DNA of 60,687 nt from assembly GCF_001194135.2 (NCBI RefSeq), contig NC_068987.1:37274912-37335598 (forward strand). Reading direction: 5' to 3'. Positions 12,697 through 26,449 of the stretch are shown here, in pieces. This DNA comes from Octopus bimaculoides (taxonomy: Eukaryota). Both the position numbers and the translations under genes were made by a program. Numbering within the stretch: the stretch's first letter is position 1; the number at the start of each line of letters is the position of its first letter. The notes beneath the pieces were generated by a model, which searched no databases, was not told where the DNA came from, and was given only the letters and a program-made list of their open reading frames with translations.

Positions 12697-14372
12697 GGAA
12701 GACTAAAGCTATCAAGTTGCGGTACCAAATACCGTAGCAAAGAGGGTGTGTGAAGACAATTACAGAGATAGAGCTGTGATAAAGACGACATGAAATTTCG
12801 CTACAATATAACATCTCTGACATTTTGTCTCTAATAGCTATTGGCCGACTCTTTATTGTTGTACGAACAGGACAGGGTGGGTGGAGGAACATTCTTTCAG
12901 CTAGTTGCACCGTAGAAGAAAGAAAGAAAAAATAGAAAGAAAAGAGCATTTCATCAATTCGCATGCGCGCATACTTACAAGTACATACTCACACACACAC
13001 GTACACACACACGTACACACACACACATATATATACATACACACATGCATATACATACATATACACATACATATATGTATAAACATATACATATATGCGT
13101 CAATATATGCATATATGCATGCATCCATGCAGAATGCAGACATGCACACTTACGAGAATACATACATGCAGACGCACTGTTTCATCGGTTAAATGAAACA
13201 GTTAAAGAAATAGTGAAACGAAATCCACTCAAATTTAATCCGATTTTCAATTAAACAATTTTGGTTACAGACATCTAAATTTTCCAGGAAAATATCTGTT
13301 ACAGATAGCACTTGTTACTAATATGATGTTGGTTAAGTGTTTACAGATATTCCAAAGTAATGAAAAGTTGCCATAGGAGAGAGTGACAAAAATGTATAAA
13401 ACTACTGAATTCATGGCCAACATTACCACAATAACTCAGATCTCATACATATAAGTTAGGTCTTAAACATATTTATATGTAAGACAAATATTAAAAAGGA
13501 CTTCATGTCGGTCATAGTTTCTTATAAAATGCTTTGTTCCGTTTGCAATTTCCTTACAATAATCAACATCAAAATAATCAAAGAATAAATTGATTTTGAT
13601 AATGTAAAGAGGGTTGGCTTTCAAGCCTATGGGAAGCAACTTGAGCATGATCGATAGATTAAAATTAATTGATTTTTTGTTTACAAATGCAGTGGGATAA
13701 GTGTTCTGGGCGTTATAGATCAAGCTTCTTAAGTCATCCTTCAATGATGGTCTTTTGCTTAACAGATACGCTTAGAGAAAGTAGTGAAACACTCTAGTTG
13801 GCGTTGACAGAATGAGAATAGGAAAACTTCAACAACAGAAACCATAAAAGCAAATAAGAAGAAAAGCAACTTAAACTTGATGGGTAGAGAGGACATTGCG
13901 ATGGTAGTAGAAAAGGAAAAAGCAGAAAGAACAATTACGAAAAACAAATAAAAAAAAACCAAACAAAAAAAAACCAAACAAATAAAACAGTCCAATCTAT
14001 AAAAAGTTGTTAAACATGACAAAGAAAAAAGGATTAGCTCAATATACAGCTGCGATATACACATTTAATACCAGACGCAGATAGACGGTATAGAGTATAT
14101 ATGAAAAAAGAATAATTTCAAAAATTAAAGAAATTATATAACAAAGCGATTGAGAATCCGAGCACAGTAAGGGAACAATGCCAAACAGACTGGTAAATAA
14201 ATCTGATTATGCAAACAACAGAGCCATACCTGGATCTAACGAGAGAAAAGACTGAATATTTAATACATGTGACTCTTGACTAGTGTCTCCTATTTAGATA
14301 GTACGATAATGCCAATAACAACGACCACAAAAGTTACAACATCAACAGTAGTAGCAGCAATAATGACGATCA

Positions 14373-14804
14373 TTTCTATTATAGGCACAAGGTCTGAAAT
14401 TTGTGGGGACTAGTCGATTACATCTACCCCAGTGTTTCACTGGTACTTAATTTATCGACTCCGAAAGAATGAAAGACAAAGTCGATCTCGGCGGAATATG
14501 AACCCAGACCGTAGCGACGGGCGAAATACTGTTAAGCATTTCGCCCGGTGTGCTAACGATTCTGCCAGCTCGCTACTTTATTTGAAATTTTGGCACAAGG
14601 CCAAAAATTTCGGGGAAGGGGACAAATCGTTTACATCGAACTCAGTACTCAACTGGTACTTATTTTTTCGACCCCGTGGGAATGAAAGGTAAAGTCGACC
14701 TCGGCAGAATTTAAGTTCAGAAGGTAAGGACAGGCGAAATGCCGCTAAGCATTTTGGCCGGCGTGCTAACGATTTTTCCAGTACAACGCCTTAGCAGCAG
14801 CAGC

Positions 14805-14856
<52 letters not shown>

Positions 14857-15068
14857 GTTTCAAATTTTGGTACAAGGCCAGCAATTTCGGGGGTGAGGCT
14901 AAGTCGATTACATCGACCTCAGTACTCGACTGGTACTTATTTTATCGACTCCGAAGGATAAAAGGCAAGGTCGACCGCAGAGGCATTATAAGTCAGAATG
15001 TGCTGACGGACGAAATGCCGGTAAGCATTTTGCCTGGCATGCTAAGGATTCTACCAGCTCACTGTCTT
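14373..15068 (-). mobile_element. Three head-to-tail SINE family A copies (14373-14578, 14581-14792, 14857-15068)
   Basis: The same ~205-bp unit recurs three times in one orientation, with different substitutions in each copy. Confidence 0.92.
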
Positions 15069-15102
15069 ATCTATGATGATGATAATGATAATAATAATAA
15101 TA

Positions 15103-15164
<62 letters not shown>

Positions 15165-15171
15165 TATTGCC

Positions 15172-18100
15172 TTTGCACAGCTTCTAACGCTGGAGATGTA
15201 CTACAGTGTCAGCTGTTCACTGCCAGTGAATTAAAGTAACACCTCTTATTTTTCGAGCACCTTCCACAGTATTCGAGCGGTTTCAAGCAGTGCTGTTTTC
15301 TGCAAGTGTTCCACCCTTATTGCAGCTCCTTTTTGTTCCACATACTTCTCGAGATCTTTGCTCACTGTTCCCAGGGCTCCGACAATTATTGGTACTACTG
15401 CTACCTTTTTCATCGACCACAACTGCTTAACTTTCGAAGCTAACTTGTGATATCTCCCGACTTTTCTTTCTTCCTTATCGCATACCTTGTTGTCAGCTGG
15501 GCATACTATATCTATGATCCAGCATAGTTTGTTTTCTTTCTCAATTAAGACTATGCCCGGCTTCCTATTTTATATCTCATGGTCGCACTGAATCATAAAA
15601 TCTCATAGGATCTTTGCATTTCTATTTTCGACGATGCCTTCAGGTTTGTAGTCGTACCATTTTTTGCTCTGTCAAGTCCATACTTGTTGCAAAGCGTCCA
15701 ATGGACAAGCCTTGCTATATTGTCGTGGCGTCTCTTATATTCCTTCTGGGCTAGTGACGTACATTGGCTGGTAATATGCCATATGGTTTCACCGTTTTGT
15801 CCACAAATTCTGCACTTATTACTTTCTGCTGTGTTGTCTAATCTGTATTTTATGTAGTTTATTCTTAGTGCTTGTTCTTGGGCAGCACAGACTAGCGCCT
15901 CCGTTTCTGGTTTTAAATCACTTTTAGTCATCCACAGCCATCTTTTTCTCTGTCTGTCTTATCTTCAACATCCCTATGAAATTGACTATGCATTCTTTCC
16001 TTTACCCACCTATTTTCAGTTTTTTTCGTTTTCAATTTCTTGTATAGTGCTTTATCTTTGCAATCTTTCATCCTACACAAGCCTGACCTTCTTACTTCTA
16101 ATAATAGCGGTTCTGTGGCATTTTTTACATACCATGCTATGTTGTTTTCTTCTCCTCTAATGCTATGTTCGTATCCAATAAGTCCTCTTCCCCCTCTTTT
16201 TCTTGGTACATACAGTCTGTCTGTGTCACTTTTTGGGTGGAGTGACCCATATCTAGTTAGCGACTTCCTTGTCTTTCTGTCTAAGCTGTTTAGTTCGTCT
16301 ACTGTCCATGTGATTACCCCTGCTCCATATCTAAGGAGTGAAACCGCCCAGATGTTGATAGCTTCGATCTTATTCCGTCCGCTTAATTTTGACTTAAGGA
16401 TCAGTCTCAGTCTGTGCAAGTACTCCGCCTTAAATTTTTCTGTCATTTCTTTCTCCATCAATTTATCCATTTCCAAAATCTGATATCAGCACTGAAGGTA
16501 TACACCGTATCANNNNNNNNNNNNNNNNNNNNNNNNNNNNNNNNNNNNNNNNNNNNNNNNNNNNNNNNNNNNNNNNNNNNNNNNNNNNNNNNNNNNNNNN
16601 NNNNNNNNNNNNNNNNNNNNNNNNNNNNNNNNNNNNNNNNNNNNNNNNNNNNNNNNNNNNNNNNNNNNNNNNNNNNNNNNNNNNNNNNNNNNNNNNNNNN
16701 NNNNNNTTGAGGTCATCCATGAATAACAAATGGTTGACTTTTTGTTGGCAGCTTTTGAATACATACCCAGCCATTGCTTTCCTCAGAATCAGTGTTAGTG
16801 GTATCAAACACAGTACAAAGATTAGTGGGGACAGGCAGTCCCTTTGGAAGATGCCCCTCCTAATTTCTACTGTACCTAAACTTCTTCCGTATGCTGTCAG
16901 GTCCGTCCACCAATTCGCCATACGTTTTACTTTTTCCAAGCAATCGCTCAACATTCGATGCAATACCAAATAGGTTCATACACTCCATAATCCAAGAATG
17001 TGGGATCATATCATACGCCTTATGATAGTCGATCTATGATATGGCTAAGTTACTTTTCCTCCTCTTGCAGTTTCTAAGTACAGTTTTGTCTATCAGAAAT
17101 TCATCCTTGGTACCTTTGCACTTACGATTGCAACCTTTCTGCTCATGTGGCAGGACTCCATTTTTTCCAGATGTTCGTACATTGACTCTGCGAGTATTCC
17201 AGTCAATAATTTCCACATAAGTGGCAAGCAGGATATCGGCCTATAATTGTCTACCGTATTACCTTTCTCGATGTTTTTCAAGCACAACACTGTCCTACGC
17301 ATTGTCAACTACTCTGGTGTTACTTGATCGGCATTTAACAAGGTGCTGAGTTGCGCAGCTATTCATGCATGACATTCACCAAATCTTTTGATTCAGTAGT
17401 CTTGAACTCCATCTGGTCCCGCGGCCTTCCAGTTGCTCATTTTTTTTGCCGATTTCCTTCACTTCCCTAACTGAAATGACTAGTTCTGCCTGTTTTGGAC
17501 AGACTACTGTTTGTTTCAGTTCCTGCAACCATTCAGCATCCTTCTTATTTCTTTATTTCCCACAAGGGGCTAAACATAGAGGGGACAAACAAGGACAGAC
17601 AAAGGGATTAAGTCGATTACATCGACCACAGTGCATAACTGGTACTTAATTTATCGACCCCGAAAGGATGAAAGGCAAAGTCGACCTCGGCGGAATTTGA
17701 ACTCAGAACGTAACGGCAGACGAAATACTGCTAAGCATTTCGCCCGGCATGCTAACGTTTCTTGCTCTCCTTGTCTTTATCCAGATGTCACTCCAAAACC
17801 TTTGACTTTCATTGTTATCTGGTATCAACTTTTCATCTGTACACTCTCCATTTATTTCTTTATAGAATCTCTTCTGATCTACTCTGAATAACCTATTCTG
17901 GTGGTAACCCTTCATTCTTTGGTCGTATCTTACCATCTTTGCCTTCTTCACAACGAGGCGCTGTTTCAGTTCCTCCACTACTACTTTCAGGCCCTTTCTT
18001 TCAATATTATACTTCCTTTTCAGCGCCCTGTATTTTTGTTCGCTTTTAAGCTCCCCTTTTTCTTTTCAGTCTAACACAGAGATTTCCTACGCGATCATGT

Positions 18101-18960
18101 CTAACCCTGCCTAAATTCTTCTTTTCCACCATGGATCTTTTCTTTTGTCACTTCAATCATGTTTCTTTTTCTTGACATCAACACCCACGTTTTCTGCTAC
18201 AACAATACTTGCTGCCTTGATCAAATTATTTGTTTCTGTGATGCTGTTTGTTCTGATCTATTTCAGAATTTCATTGACATTTCTCGTTTCTTGGTTCAAT
18301 TTCCTTCGATCAACCTTTTTAAGTTTGCAAATAATGTCGCTATCGTTCTCCTGTAGTCTTGCCTTTATTCTATCGTAGATTGCCTTTTGTTCATCTGTCA
18401 TGTCGCCATTAGTTTTATTGTCTTCTTTTAGATCATCTATATGTCTCTCATCAAGTAAACTACCACTGCTCCTTTCCTGTGCTATGGGATTACTCTTATC
18501 AGTAAGAACTGTATTTTCCTTGTTATCTCTGCTGCTATTTTCCATGACCCGTCTTTTGATAGCTTCGAGCTCTACTTCTGTGAACTAATAATTTTTTCTT
18601 ATTGCTCTAGCTTGATAACACAATCTCTGTTCCGTGAATTGAAAGAATCTCTTTTCTCTCCAATGGTCATACTACGTTGTCGGTAACCCCTAATCTGAGC
18701 ATCATTTTCTTCTACCGGGCTGCTCAGGTAGTAACACTTCCTGACCACAACGTTAATTTGCTTGCTCCATCTACGCCGAGTGTGGTAGTCCCTTTCTGGA
18801 TATCGGCAGGCTGGAGCGGGACCAGAATCTCTGAGCCTACCGGGTGTATCACTGTCACCATCATTGGCTTCAGTTTCATTCTCAATATTTTTTTTTTTTT
18901 TCATTGTCACTCAAATGAGGTAGCGATCTTCAGGTTGCGCAATTACCAGAATTTTTATTG
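15172..18960 (-). mobile_element. Near full-length decayed R4/Dong-clade LINE (gap inside the RT)
   Basis: N-terminal RRRWSKQINVVVRKCYYL...[65 protein letters not shown]...RRHD. Ends RILWKVLEK*, then a 3' UTR and AATAAT. Confidence 0.93.
17551..17770 (-). mobile_element. SINE family A variant nested in the R4 ORF
   Basis: Interrupts the LINE frame between QRFWSDIW and KKDAEWLQEL. Carries the family core AAAGGCAAAGTCGACCTCGGCGGAATTTGAACTC. Confidence 0.88.
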
Positions 18961-19232
18961 TGACATCATTACTAGATGTATCATTATTACTTAGCCCCTT
19001 GAGGCTCCACTCGTTTCCTTTCATTATTGTTATTATTATCATCACTGATATCACTGATATTATTGTTTTTATGTGTAGTAGCAGCAGTGGTTGCAGCAAC
19101 AGCAACAATAGTAGGGGTGGGGTAGTGGTAAGGGTGGCAGTTGGGCTTCAGATTCCTGTGCTATCATAATAGTAGTAGTTGCTCCAATCTGGCCAGCCCC
19201 GTATGTATGTATGTATGTATGTATGTATGTAT

Positions 19233-19295
<63 letters not shown>

Positions 19296-19690
19296 TTCTC
19301 GTCGTTGAATTTTTGAGTTTCTGAATTCAGTTATGGTGTTGCAATAAAAGGTGTGTTTACGTATTTGGGTAATATATTAAAGCTTTTAAGTTTTCTTGAG
19401 ATGTTCGTTTGTCTGTCCAGTTGGAGAATACAGTAGGACTTTTGCAATGAAAAGGATGTTTACATTTTCGAATACTCAGGGAGAGTCAAAAAGAAAAAAA
19501 AAAAGACAAGTTGTAGATAGTAAAGTTTTAAGATTTACTAAATATGGTTTTTTGTATGACCGCACAGAGAGAAATAGTAGTGTTCTTAGAATAAAAAGAA
19601 GGATGATGTTTACAGTTTCGAATACTTAGGGAGAAAAGAAAGGATAGGTATTCACACAGTAGTCGTATTATTATTATTATTATTATTATT

Positions 19691-19964
<274 letters not shown>

Positions 19965-19975
<11 letters not shown>

Positions 19976-21991
19976 GTTTGATAGTGTTCCACATAATTGG
20001 ATTCTCAAAGCCTTTGAAATATATAAGAACTCTCCCGTCGTCTCCAAATTCTTACAAGGTAGCATGGCTAAGTGGAACACACTTCTAAACCTTCTAAACC
20101 GTAGTAATGGGATGAACCAAACTAACAGCATCAACATCAAATAAGGCATCTTTCAAGGAGACTCCCTCTCTCCATTACTCATTTGCATGGCACTGATCCT
20201 ACTCTCAAACTAACTAAACAACACCAGGTATGGGTTCAAAGTTTACAATACGGCAATAAACCATCTGGTTTATATGGACGATCAGAAGCTGTTTGCAAGA
20301 AAGGACGAAGAGCTACTAGGGCTGCTAACAACTGTTAAAGAGTTGAGCAATGGCATCGAGATGGACTTTGGCCTTGGTCAGTGTGCTAAAGCAACTTTTG
20401 TTAGAGACAAGCTGAGGCAAACAGCTTCCACTAAATTAGATACCGACACTACCTTCAAGGAGCTTGATTCACAAGAAAATTACAAATACCTGGGGATAAA
20501 CGAAGGAGATGGTATACAGCATGCTACTATGAAGGGAAAAATAAGAAAAGAATAAGATTCATACTACAAAGAATATGATTCATATTAAAAACTGAACTCA
20601 ACTCCAAAAATCGCATCGAACCCATTAACACCCTGGCACTTCCAGTAGTCCAATATGTTTTAACATCATTAACTGGAATCTTACAGAGCTCCAACGCCTG
20701 GATAGGAAGGCAAGAAAAATACTAACTTCTGAGAACATGTACCACCCCAAAACAGATGTTGATTGTCTGTACCTACCTGGAAGTAATGGGGGAAGAGGAA
20801 TGATGCAGGTAGAACTTTGCTGTATGGTGTCCGCAATAGCAATGAATTGGTATTTATCTAATAAAGAGGACTGGACGCTGCAACTTGAGTGCAAACATGA
20901 AAGCAGCAAAAAATCACATTGGATTGTCAAGGAAGCTTGCAAATTCGCAAGGAAACTTGGAATTAACCCTGAAATAGTTGAAGAAATTGAAACCACTACC
21001 ACAATACAAGCAAAATGGATCAAGCAGACTGCAAAAAAGAACGGACAGACACAAATTGAGGAGCAATGGAGCCAGAAGCCTCTTCAAGAACAATATATTC
21101 TTCGAAGTTGAAATACTGATGTAGATCAAGCAACAACCCGTCAGTGGCTGAGAAGTTCAGGACTGAAAGCAGAGACTGAAGATTCCATATTGGCGGTACA
21201 AGACCAAAGGTTTCTCATAGAAAAAAACTACCAAGCTAACGTTCTTCAAAACGGTTCTGACCCTAAATGCAGATTCTGCGACACATTTGATGAAACAATA
21301 GACCATCTCGTTTCGGGATGTCCTGTGCTGACACCAAACGAATATAAAAATCGCCACGATAGGGTAGTACAGTATTTACATTGGAAAATGTGTAAGAACT
21401 ACAAAATCAGCACTCCTGCTTACTGGTACGAACATCATCCTGAGCCAGTCGTTGAAGGTAAAAATTTCACTATCCTCTGAGATTTTCCAGTCAACACGGA
21501 TAGAACAATCGAGGCTAATCGACCAGATATAATTATTAAAGATAGGGAAGAAAATACTTGTAGACTAATAGATGTAAGTGTTCCCATTGGTAAGAATATA
21601 TGTCAAGGAATTTGACAAACTAAATATAAGGACCTGGAAACTGAAATACAAAAGATGTAGCATCTTAAAACGAGAACTGTTCCTGTTACTGAGGGTGCCC
21701 TAGGTATTATAAAAAAGGGATATCAGAAAAACCTAGATAAGATCTCAAGAGAACCATGTCTCAGAGAAATCCAAAAGATTGTGCTGACAAGTACTGCCCA
21801 CATCCTTAGAAAAACCCTATCCATTTAAATGTCTGCGTTGTATTACATGAAGATATTTCACCACCTCCCCTCCCCAAGCTTTCAGTCATACTGTAACATC
21901 TCTTATCCTTCACTCGCCCCAGGACACTGGGTGTGTTTAGGCAAGTGACTGTAACAAAGCTGCGGATTAAAAGTAAATAATAATAATAATA
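19965..21991 (+). mobile_element. 5'-truncated R4/Dong-clade LINE (RT C-terminal half, CCHC, RLE)
   Basis: RKAFDSVPHNWIL; IFQGDSLSPL; YMDDQKL; CRFCDTFDETIDHLVSGC...RHD; RPDIIIKD...IDVSVP; tail AAATAATAATAATAAT at ~21974-21991. Confidence 0.92.
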
Positions 21992-22161
21992 ATTTTTATA
22001 TAGACACAAAATTTAAACTAAGGGGAAGAGGAATTGTTGATTATATCGATACCAGTGCTTAACTGTAAGCACAGGTGTGGCTTTATATATATATATGTGT
22101 GTGTGTATGTATGTGTGTGTGTGTATATATATATATATATGAATGCATACATCTCTCTCTA

Positions 22162-22215
<54 letters not shown>

Positions 22216-22229
22216 CTAATTTGTATAGT

Positions 22230-22269
<40 letters not shown>

Positions 22270-23227
22270 ACACATATATGTATATATATATTGTTTTATT
22301 CTTCGACGTATTTCAGACATAAGGCTGTGACCATGCTGGAGCACAGTCAGTGAAGAAGTATGGAATGTTTCACCAATTTGTGTAACATTGTTGCGCAGGG
22401 GCCATTCTAATCTTCACTGCATCATTCCAGTTTTTGTACATGTACTGCCGAAGCAGTATATAGTTATCCTATTTAAGCTTATGTCTCTTCAAAAATGGAG
22501 TTATCTCAATCGCCTTGTTGACACTCTTTTGATGCAAACCGAATGAAAGAAGTATGTTCTTTGTTTATATATAGCATGCAGTTATATATTTGAATACTGA
22601 TGCATACAAAATTATAGTCAAGGGACGCAAGCTGATATATAGAGGTATAATAGAAATGTAATGTTAGTATTATGCATATGTTAAAGCAATGGGCATATAT
22701 ACGCAAATATGCTCCACTGATTTCTTTTCGGCTTAAGTTCTACAAAACTTTCCTATATATAATTTTCTATAAATATACTTCAAATGGTGTAGATTCCAAT
22801 TATATCCGAAATATGTTGGAAAAACAAAATGTATTTGGAGGGCGTGTGGAGTGGAGATTCAGAAAATTCACACGGGTCGACTTAGTTTCCTCACAACTTC
22901 CGGGAAAGAAGTTATTTTTATAGATTTCGACAAATATTTTTTAAGAGTGTATAGATTACGATTATTTTAGAAACTGATACGCAAATAAAATTTGGTGAGA
23001 TAGCAAACATACATACAGATGCTCGTTGCATTCCCCCACCCCCCAAAAATTATAATCAAAACAAATTCCAATATAATCCGAATCTACACCATATCTAAAC
23101 AATCTGAAGCGCATTTGTAGAAAATTTCATTGAAAAATATTCATTTTTCTGAAAGTTATGAAGAAAGAAGTTCATTTTTCTGGAAGTTATGAAGAAAGAA
23201 ACGTATTCCGAAGGACGTAATCCAGTG

Positions 23228-23267
23228 GTAGAGTATTTGGTGGACGGAAACTGAAAGAGACCCGTCG

Positions 23268-23306
<39 letters not shown>

Positions 23307-23487
23307 ATATATATGCATTTGTGTCTGTGTTTGTCTCCCACCATCGCTTGACAACCGATGTTGGTGTGTTTACATCCCCGTAACTTAGCGGTTCGTCAAA
23401 AGATACCGATTGAGTAAGTACTAGGCTTACAAAGAATAAATCTTGGGTCAGTATAGCCGCAGTCAAATGACTGAAACAATTAAAAAA
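23228..23487 (+). mobile_element. SINE family B, 3' two-thirds
   Basis: TTTGGTGGACGGAAACTGAAAG...(TA)n...CATCGCTTGACAACCGATG...GCAGTCAAATGACTGAAAC. Confidence 0.9.
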
Positions 23488-23855
23488 TATGAATCAATAA
23501 CAAATGTAAGCTTTGCCAAACAAAAAAAATAATGATGTCAAGCACATTATTATCGGCTGCTAGTGAATATCTTCCAGATACTATCTTTTTATGGGCATGA
23601 TGTGGTGGCCAGAACAATCTAGAACAGAATAAGAAAAGAGAAGATTATAGTAAATTAAAATGGCTATATTGACTGATGGGTCAAAGAATATTGGTGGAAA
23701 TTGAAAGACTAAAATAATATTGGTGGAAATGGAAAGACCAAGTTAAAACAGAACCGACCAGATAGTGTCGGGCATTACCACAAAATAGAAACAAAAAAAA
23801 AGACAAAACATTATTTACATTTGACGGATGTTTGTCCTCATCTTGTTTGTTGTTA

Positions 23856-23902
23856 GCACAACGTTTCGGCTGATATACCCTCCAGCCTTGATCAGGTGTC
23901 TT
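23856..23902 (-). ncRNA. Type I minimal hammerhead ribozyme with a mutated core (CUGAUCA), probably inactive
   Basis: GACAC CUGAUCA A GGCUG-GAGGGUAUAU-CAGCC GAAAC GUU GUGCU. G8 is changed to C. Confidence 0.7.
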
Positions 23903-23948
23903 GGGGAAATTTCGAACCTGGGTTCTCATCCCTAAGATATTTTTTCGA

Positions 23949-23980
<32 letters not shown>

Positions 23981-23995
23981 TTGTTGTTGTTGTTG

Positions 23996-24097
<102 letters not shown>

Positions 24098-24161
24098 TCA
24101 CTGCCTGGAATCGAACTCGGAATCCTGGGGAATGAGAACCCAGGTTCGAAATTTCCCCCAA

Positions 24162-24207
24162 GACACCTGATGAAGACTGGAGCGTATATCAGCCGAAACG
24201 TTGTGTT
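24162..24207 (+). ncRNA. Type I minimal (PLE-type) hammerhead ribozyme, intact core
   Basis: Helix I GACAC/GUGUU; CUGAUGA at 24167-24173; helix II GACUG/CAGCC with one A-C mismatch; GAAAC-GUU with palindromic ACGU helix III. Predicted cleavage after 24202. Confidence 0.8.
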
Positions 24208-26049
24208 AACAACAAACAAGATGAGGACAAATATCCGTCAAATGTAAATAATGTAAATAATATAAATAATGTACATAATTCCTTATCTCTTAAATATAGA
24301 ACTGTAGAAAAAAAACCTTTGTTGTGGCAATCAGATGCCCTTTAGACATCAATAGTGTCAGAAAAATACAAGAGAAAGAAAACATCTATGCACCACTGTT
24401 AAGGAATTTGCATATTCAGTACCCTCACTTTCAGTTTCTGGATGTTTACTAACTCGCCCGAAGCAAAGTGTGGCTGAACTTGGGTTTTTTCGGTGGTGGG
24501 TGGGATGCAACTCCCTAATTCAAACACTACAAATGACCACGATCCCAGACAAAATAAAAATTGGGAAGACATTTTAAGATGAATACAATATGCTTTCTTT
24601 CACAGAATTGCTACCAAGCAGGTGGTCAGTCAGAATTAACTCTAAATTTAAAAGAGAAAAAGAAAACATGGATACATACATACCGCTCAAGCAATGGTTA
24701 TACTCATTACGGATCCAATCTCACTCTCTCTCTCTCTCTCNNNNNNNNNNNNNNNNNNNNNNNNNNNNNNNNNNNNNNNNNNNNNNNNNNNNNNNNNNNN
24801 NNNNNNNNNNNNNNNNNNNNNNNNNNNNNNNNNNNNNNNNNNNNNNNNNNNNNNNNNNNNNNNNNNNNNNNNNNNNNNNNNNNNNNNNNNNNNNNNNNNN
24901 NNNNNNNNNNNNNNNNNNNNNNNNNNNNNNNNNNNNNNNNNNNNNNNNNNNNNNNNNNNNNNNNNNNNNNNNNNNNNNNNNNNNNNNNNNNNNNNNNNNN
25001 NNNNNNNNNNNNNNNNNNNNNNNNNNNNNNNNNNNNNNNNNNNNNNNNNNNNNNNNNNNNNNNNNNNNNNNNNNNNNNNNNNNNNNNNNNNNNNNNNNNN
25101 NNNNNNNNNNNNNNNNNNNNNNNNNNNNNNNNNNNNNNNNNNNNNNNNNNNNNNNNNNNNNNNNNNNNNNNNNNNNNNNNNNNNNNNNNNNNNNNNNNNN
25201 NNNNNNNNNNNNNNNNNNNNNNNNNNNNNNNNNNNNNNNNNNNNNNNNNNNNNNNNNNNNNNNNNNNNNNNNNNNNNNNNNNNNNNNNNNNNNNNNNNNN
25301 NNNNNNNNNNNNNNNNNNNNNNNNNNNNNNNNNNNNNNNNNNNNNNNNNNNNNNNNNNNNNNNNNNNNNNNNNNNNNNNNNNNNNNNNNNNNNNNNNNNN
25401 NNNNNNNNNNNNNNNNNNNNNNNNNNNNNNNNNNNNNNNNNNNNNNNNNNNNNNNNNNNNNNNNNNNNNNNNNNNNNNNNNNNNNNNNNNNNNNNNNNNN
25501 NNNNNNNNNNNNNNNNNNNNNNNNNNNNNNNNNNNNNNNNNNNNNNNNNNNNNNNNNNNNNNNNNNNNNNNNNNNNNNNNNNNNNNNNNNNNNNNNNNNN
25601 NNNNNNNNNNNNNNNNNNNNNNNNNNNNNNNNNNNNNNNNNNNNNNNNNNNNNNNNNNNNNNNNNNNNNNNNNNNNNNNNNNNNNNNNNNNNNNNNNNNN
25701 NNNNNNNNNNNNNNNNNNNNNNNNNATATATATATAAATACACACACATACATATATACATACATACATGCATGCATGCATACATACATACATACATACA
25801 TACATACATACATACATACATACATACACGCACACATATACAGTATAGGCAAAAAGAACTAGTGGAATATTCATAGATAAGTACTGATTATGACTGAAAA
25901 TACACCCCAATCCACAATATAACATTAAGGATCTTAAAGATTTTGAATGCAAATGTGTCAGTTTGTTAAAAAAAAAGTGTATGAGTTAGACACCGCATTA
26001 CCGTCTTCCTAACGAATTACATAAAGCCATTGAAAATATCCCTTAAAAA

Positions 26050-26435
26050 TTCATGTACTTTCACACGCAATATATCATAACACACTTTCAACTCCAGACA
26101 AATAACATTGCCAAACCGTACAAAATTTCTCAAACTCCTTAAATCGTAAATGCAAATGAAGTAGCCTTCCATTAAAAGTATAAGGTGCATAGAGCGCAGT
26201 GTTTACTATGTACAAAACGTACATCACCCGTAAAGATCATAAAACCTGTTTCTCTACAATCCTATATGCAGGCTAAATAAACCACTCCAAAGTGAATTGA
26301 CCTTATTCAGTATTCATATTCTTATAAATACTACGATAGTGACATAATAGAACTGCAGCACCGTCGCCAGTAAGTGTATGGAATACCTTGGTGTGTTTAT
26401 CCACTTGCCTGAGGGAACCCCAATGAACTAAGGAG
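26050..26435 (+). mobile_element. Possible highly decayed Penelope-like RT fragment
   Basis: Weak motif resemblance only (F.KLLK...P, K.CFSTI, EGTPM), with many stops. Confidence 0.3.
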
Positions 26436-26449
26436 ACTTAGCAGTGTTG

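Noticed and set aside
13440-14200. Hydrophobic, GPCR-looking minus-strand frames (e.g. ANPFFFVMFNNF)
   Set aside because: They are the antisense of an A-rich tract, with multiple stops and no ordered TM motifs. More likely a decayed retroelement.
18900-19010. HDV-like ribozyme at the R4 5' ends (also ~1215-1300)
   Set aside because: Expected from the family, but I could not build the nested pseudoknot by eye; needs an RNAmotif or Infernal search.
23141-23740. Short 30-bp tandem duplications (23141-23199, 23688-23740) as CRISPR-like repeats
   Set aside because: Only two adjacent units each, no spacers, eukaryotic context.
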